Positions 63,119 to 64,000 of a stretch of 64,000 nt of DNA are shown in pieces. The DNA comes from Chara braunii (taxonomy: Eukaryota > Plantae > Charophyceae). Position numbers and translations under genes: made by a program. Positions within the stretch are counted from its first letter, which is position 1. Each line of letters begins with the position of its first letter. The notes under the pieces were generated by a model. That model ran no database searches and was not told where the DNA came from. It saw nothing but the letters and a program-made list of their open reading frames with translations. The DNA is taken from the NCBI GenBank assembly GCA_003427395.1, contig BFEA01000024.1:500044-564043 (forward strand), written 5' to 3'.

Positions 63119-64000
63119 CCCCTCGCGCTAGGCAGGTAGTCTCGCTGATCCTTGACAAGCGTCCGTTCTCGATACTTTCTTGTGTTTGCAGGAAATTGCT
63201 CCTTCCAATACTCAAGCAGTCCAAGGGATTCGTTGAGAATTAATCTTCCTTCATGCGTAGGCCAAGCGTCCTCCTTGGGCCACGCATCCATTTCCTAGAT
63301 GTGGAGTCTAGCGGCATCGATGAGACAAAGAACTCACCCCTCGACTTAGGCCTGTTGACTAACTCACGTGGCCCTTATTGCTTCACTAGGGCACCCTTGG
63401 TTCTCGGCCTCTTGCCGATCTGAGTGCTTACATCCTACACACTTCGCACTTAGTCAGCCATCCGCATTTTTGTTCCAACACTTCTCTAAACGCCCCTAAG
63501 TCTTTTCAGGGCCCCGTCCACACACTCACGTGGCTTAGTGGTCCATTCGTCCATCCAACACTTTTGCCAACATCCAATCATTCGTACCCCATTTTCTTTC
63601 ATAGGGGAACATCATACGACAAAAGTTCATCCATGGGCGAGGAATACGTTCACAACCCATTTTTGCTTCTTTCCTTTCGCCACCTGGTCTCACCAGGCGC
63701 CGTCCTTCTCAGGGCACCTTAGAGAGCTACTCACCTGCACACTCAATGCAGTATACAAACAAGCACAACCCCCATTTGAGGTCAACACATTATCCTTCCC
63801 GCATGTCTATTTTCTTTATCCTTTGGTTCTTTCTCTGTCCTTTCCTTTCCTTCTCCATGCAATTGTCTTCTCATCCTCATGGATTCATGGTGTTGGTCGA
63901 GTCCACTGACCTTATCTCAACCAACAAGTCTTTTCAACCCTCAGGGCCCCTTCAATCCTCAAGTTCCCCCGATTCTCAAGTCCTTTGAACCCTCAGTCCT

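Overview
Eukaryotic window made almost entirely of repeats and nested transposable elements, with no convincing host gene. The TE repertoire resembles a charophyte alga such as Chara braunii, which is an inference and has not been verified. From left to right: (1) a (TA)n microsatellite field (1.2-3.4 kb) packed with 5'-truncated copies of a short repeat whose consensus is a type III hammerhead ribozyme; (2) a decayed Helitron Rep/PIF1 gene (minus strand, ~4.2-8.3 kb); (3) Penelope-like element PLE-1 (minus, ~8.3-15.0 kb); (4) two chromodomain-bearing Ty3/Gypsy families (A on plus, B on minus) in a nested, tandem and duplicated arrangement (17-42.5 kb), partly likely affected by gap filling; (5) a near-intact Penelope-like element PLE-2 (minus, 47.1-52.7 kb) inserted in a ~172-bp satellite; (6) hAT and Tc1/mariner MITEs, an L1-like LINE (minus, 55.2-62.3 kb) and a 92-bp tandem array. 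The most notable system is the pair of divergent two-ORF PLEs. Each has a Gag-like CCHC ORF1, an ORF2 in the order GIY-YIG, CxC linker, RT, and a type I hammerhead ribozyme in its pseudo-LTR region. The separate TA-targeting type III hammerhead repeat family is also notable.
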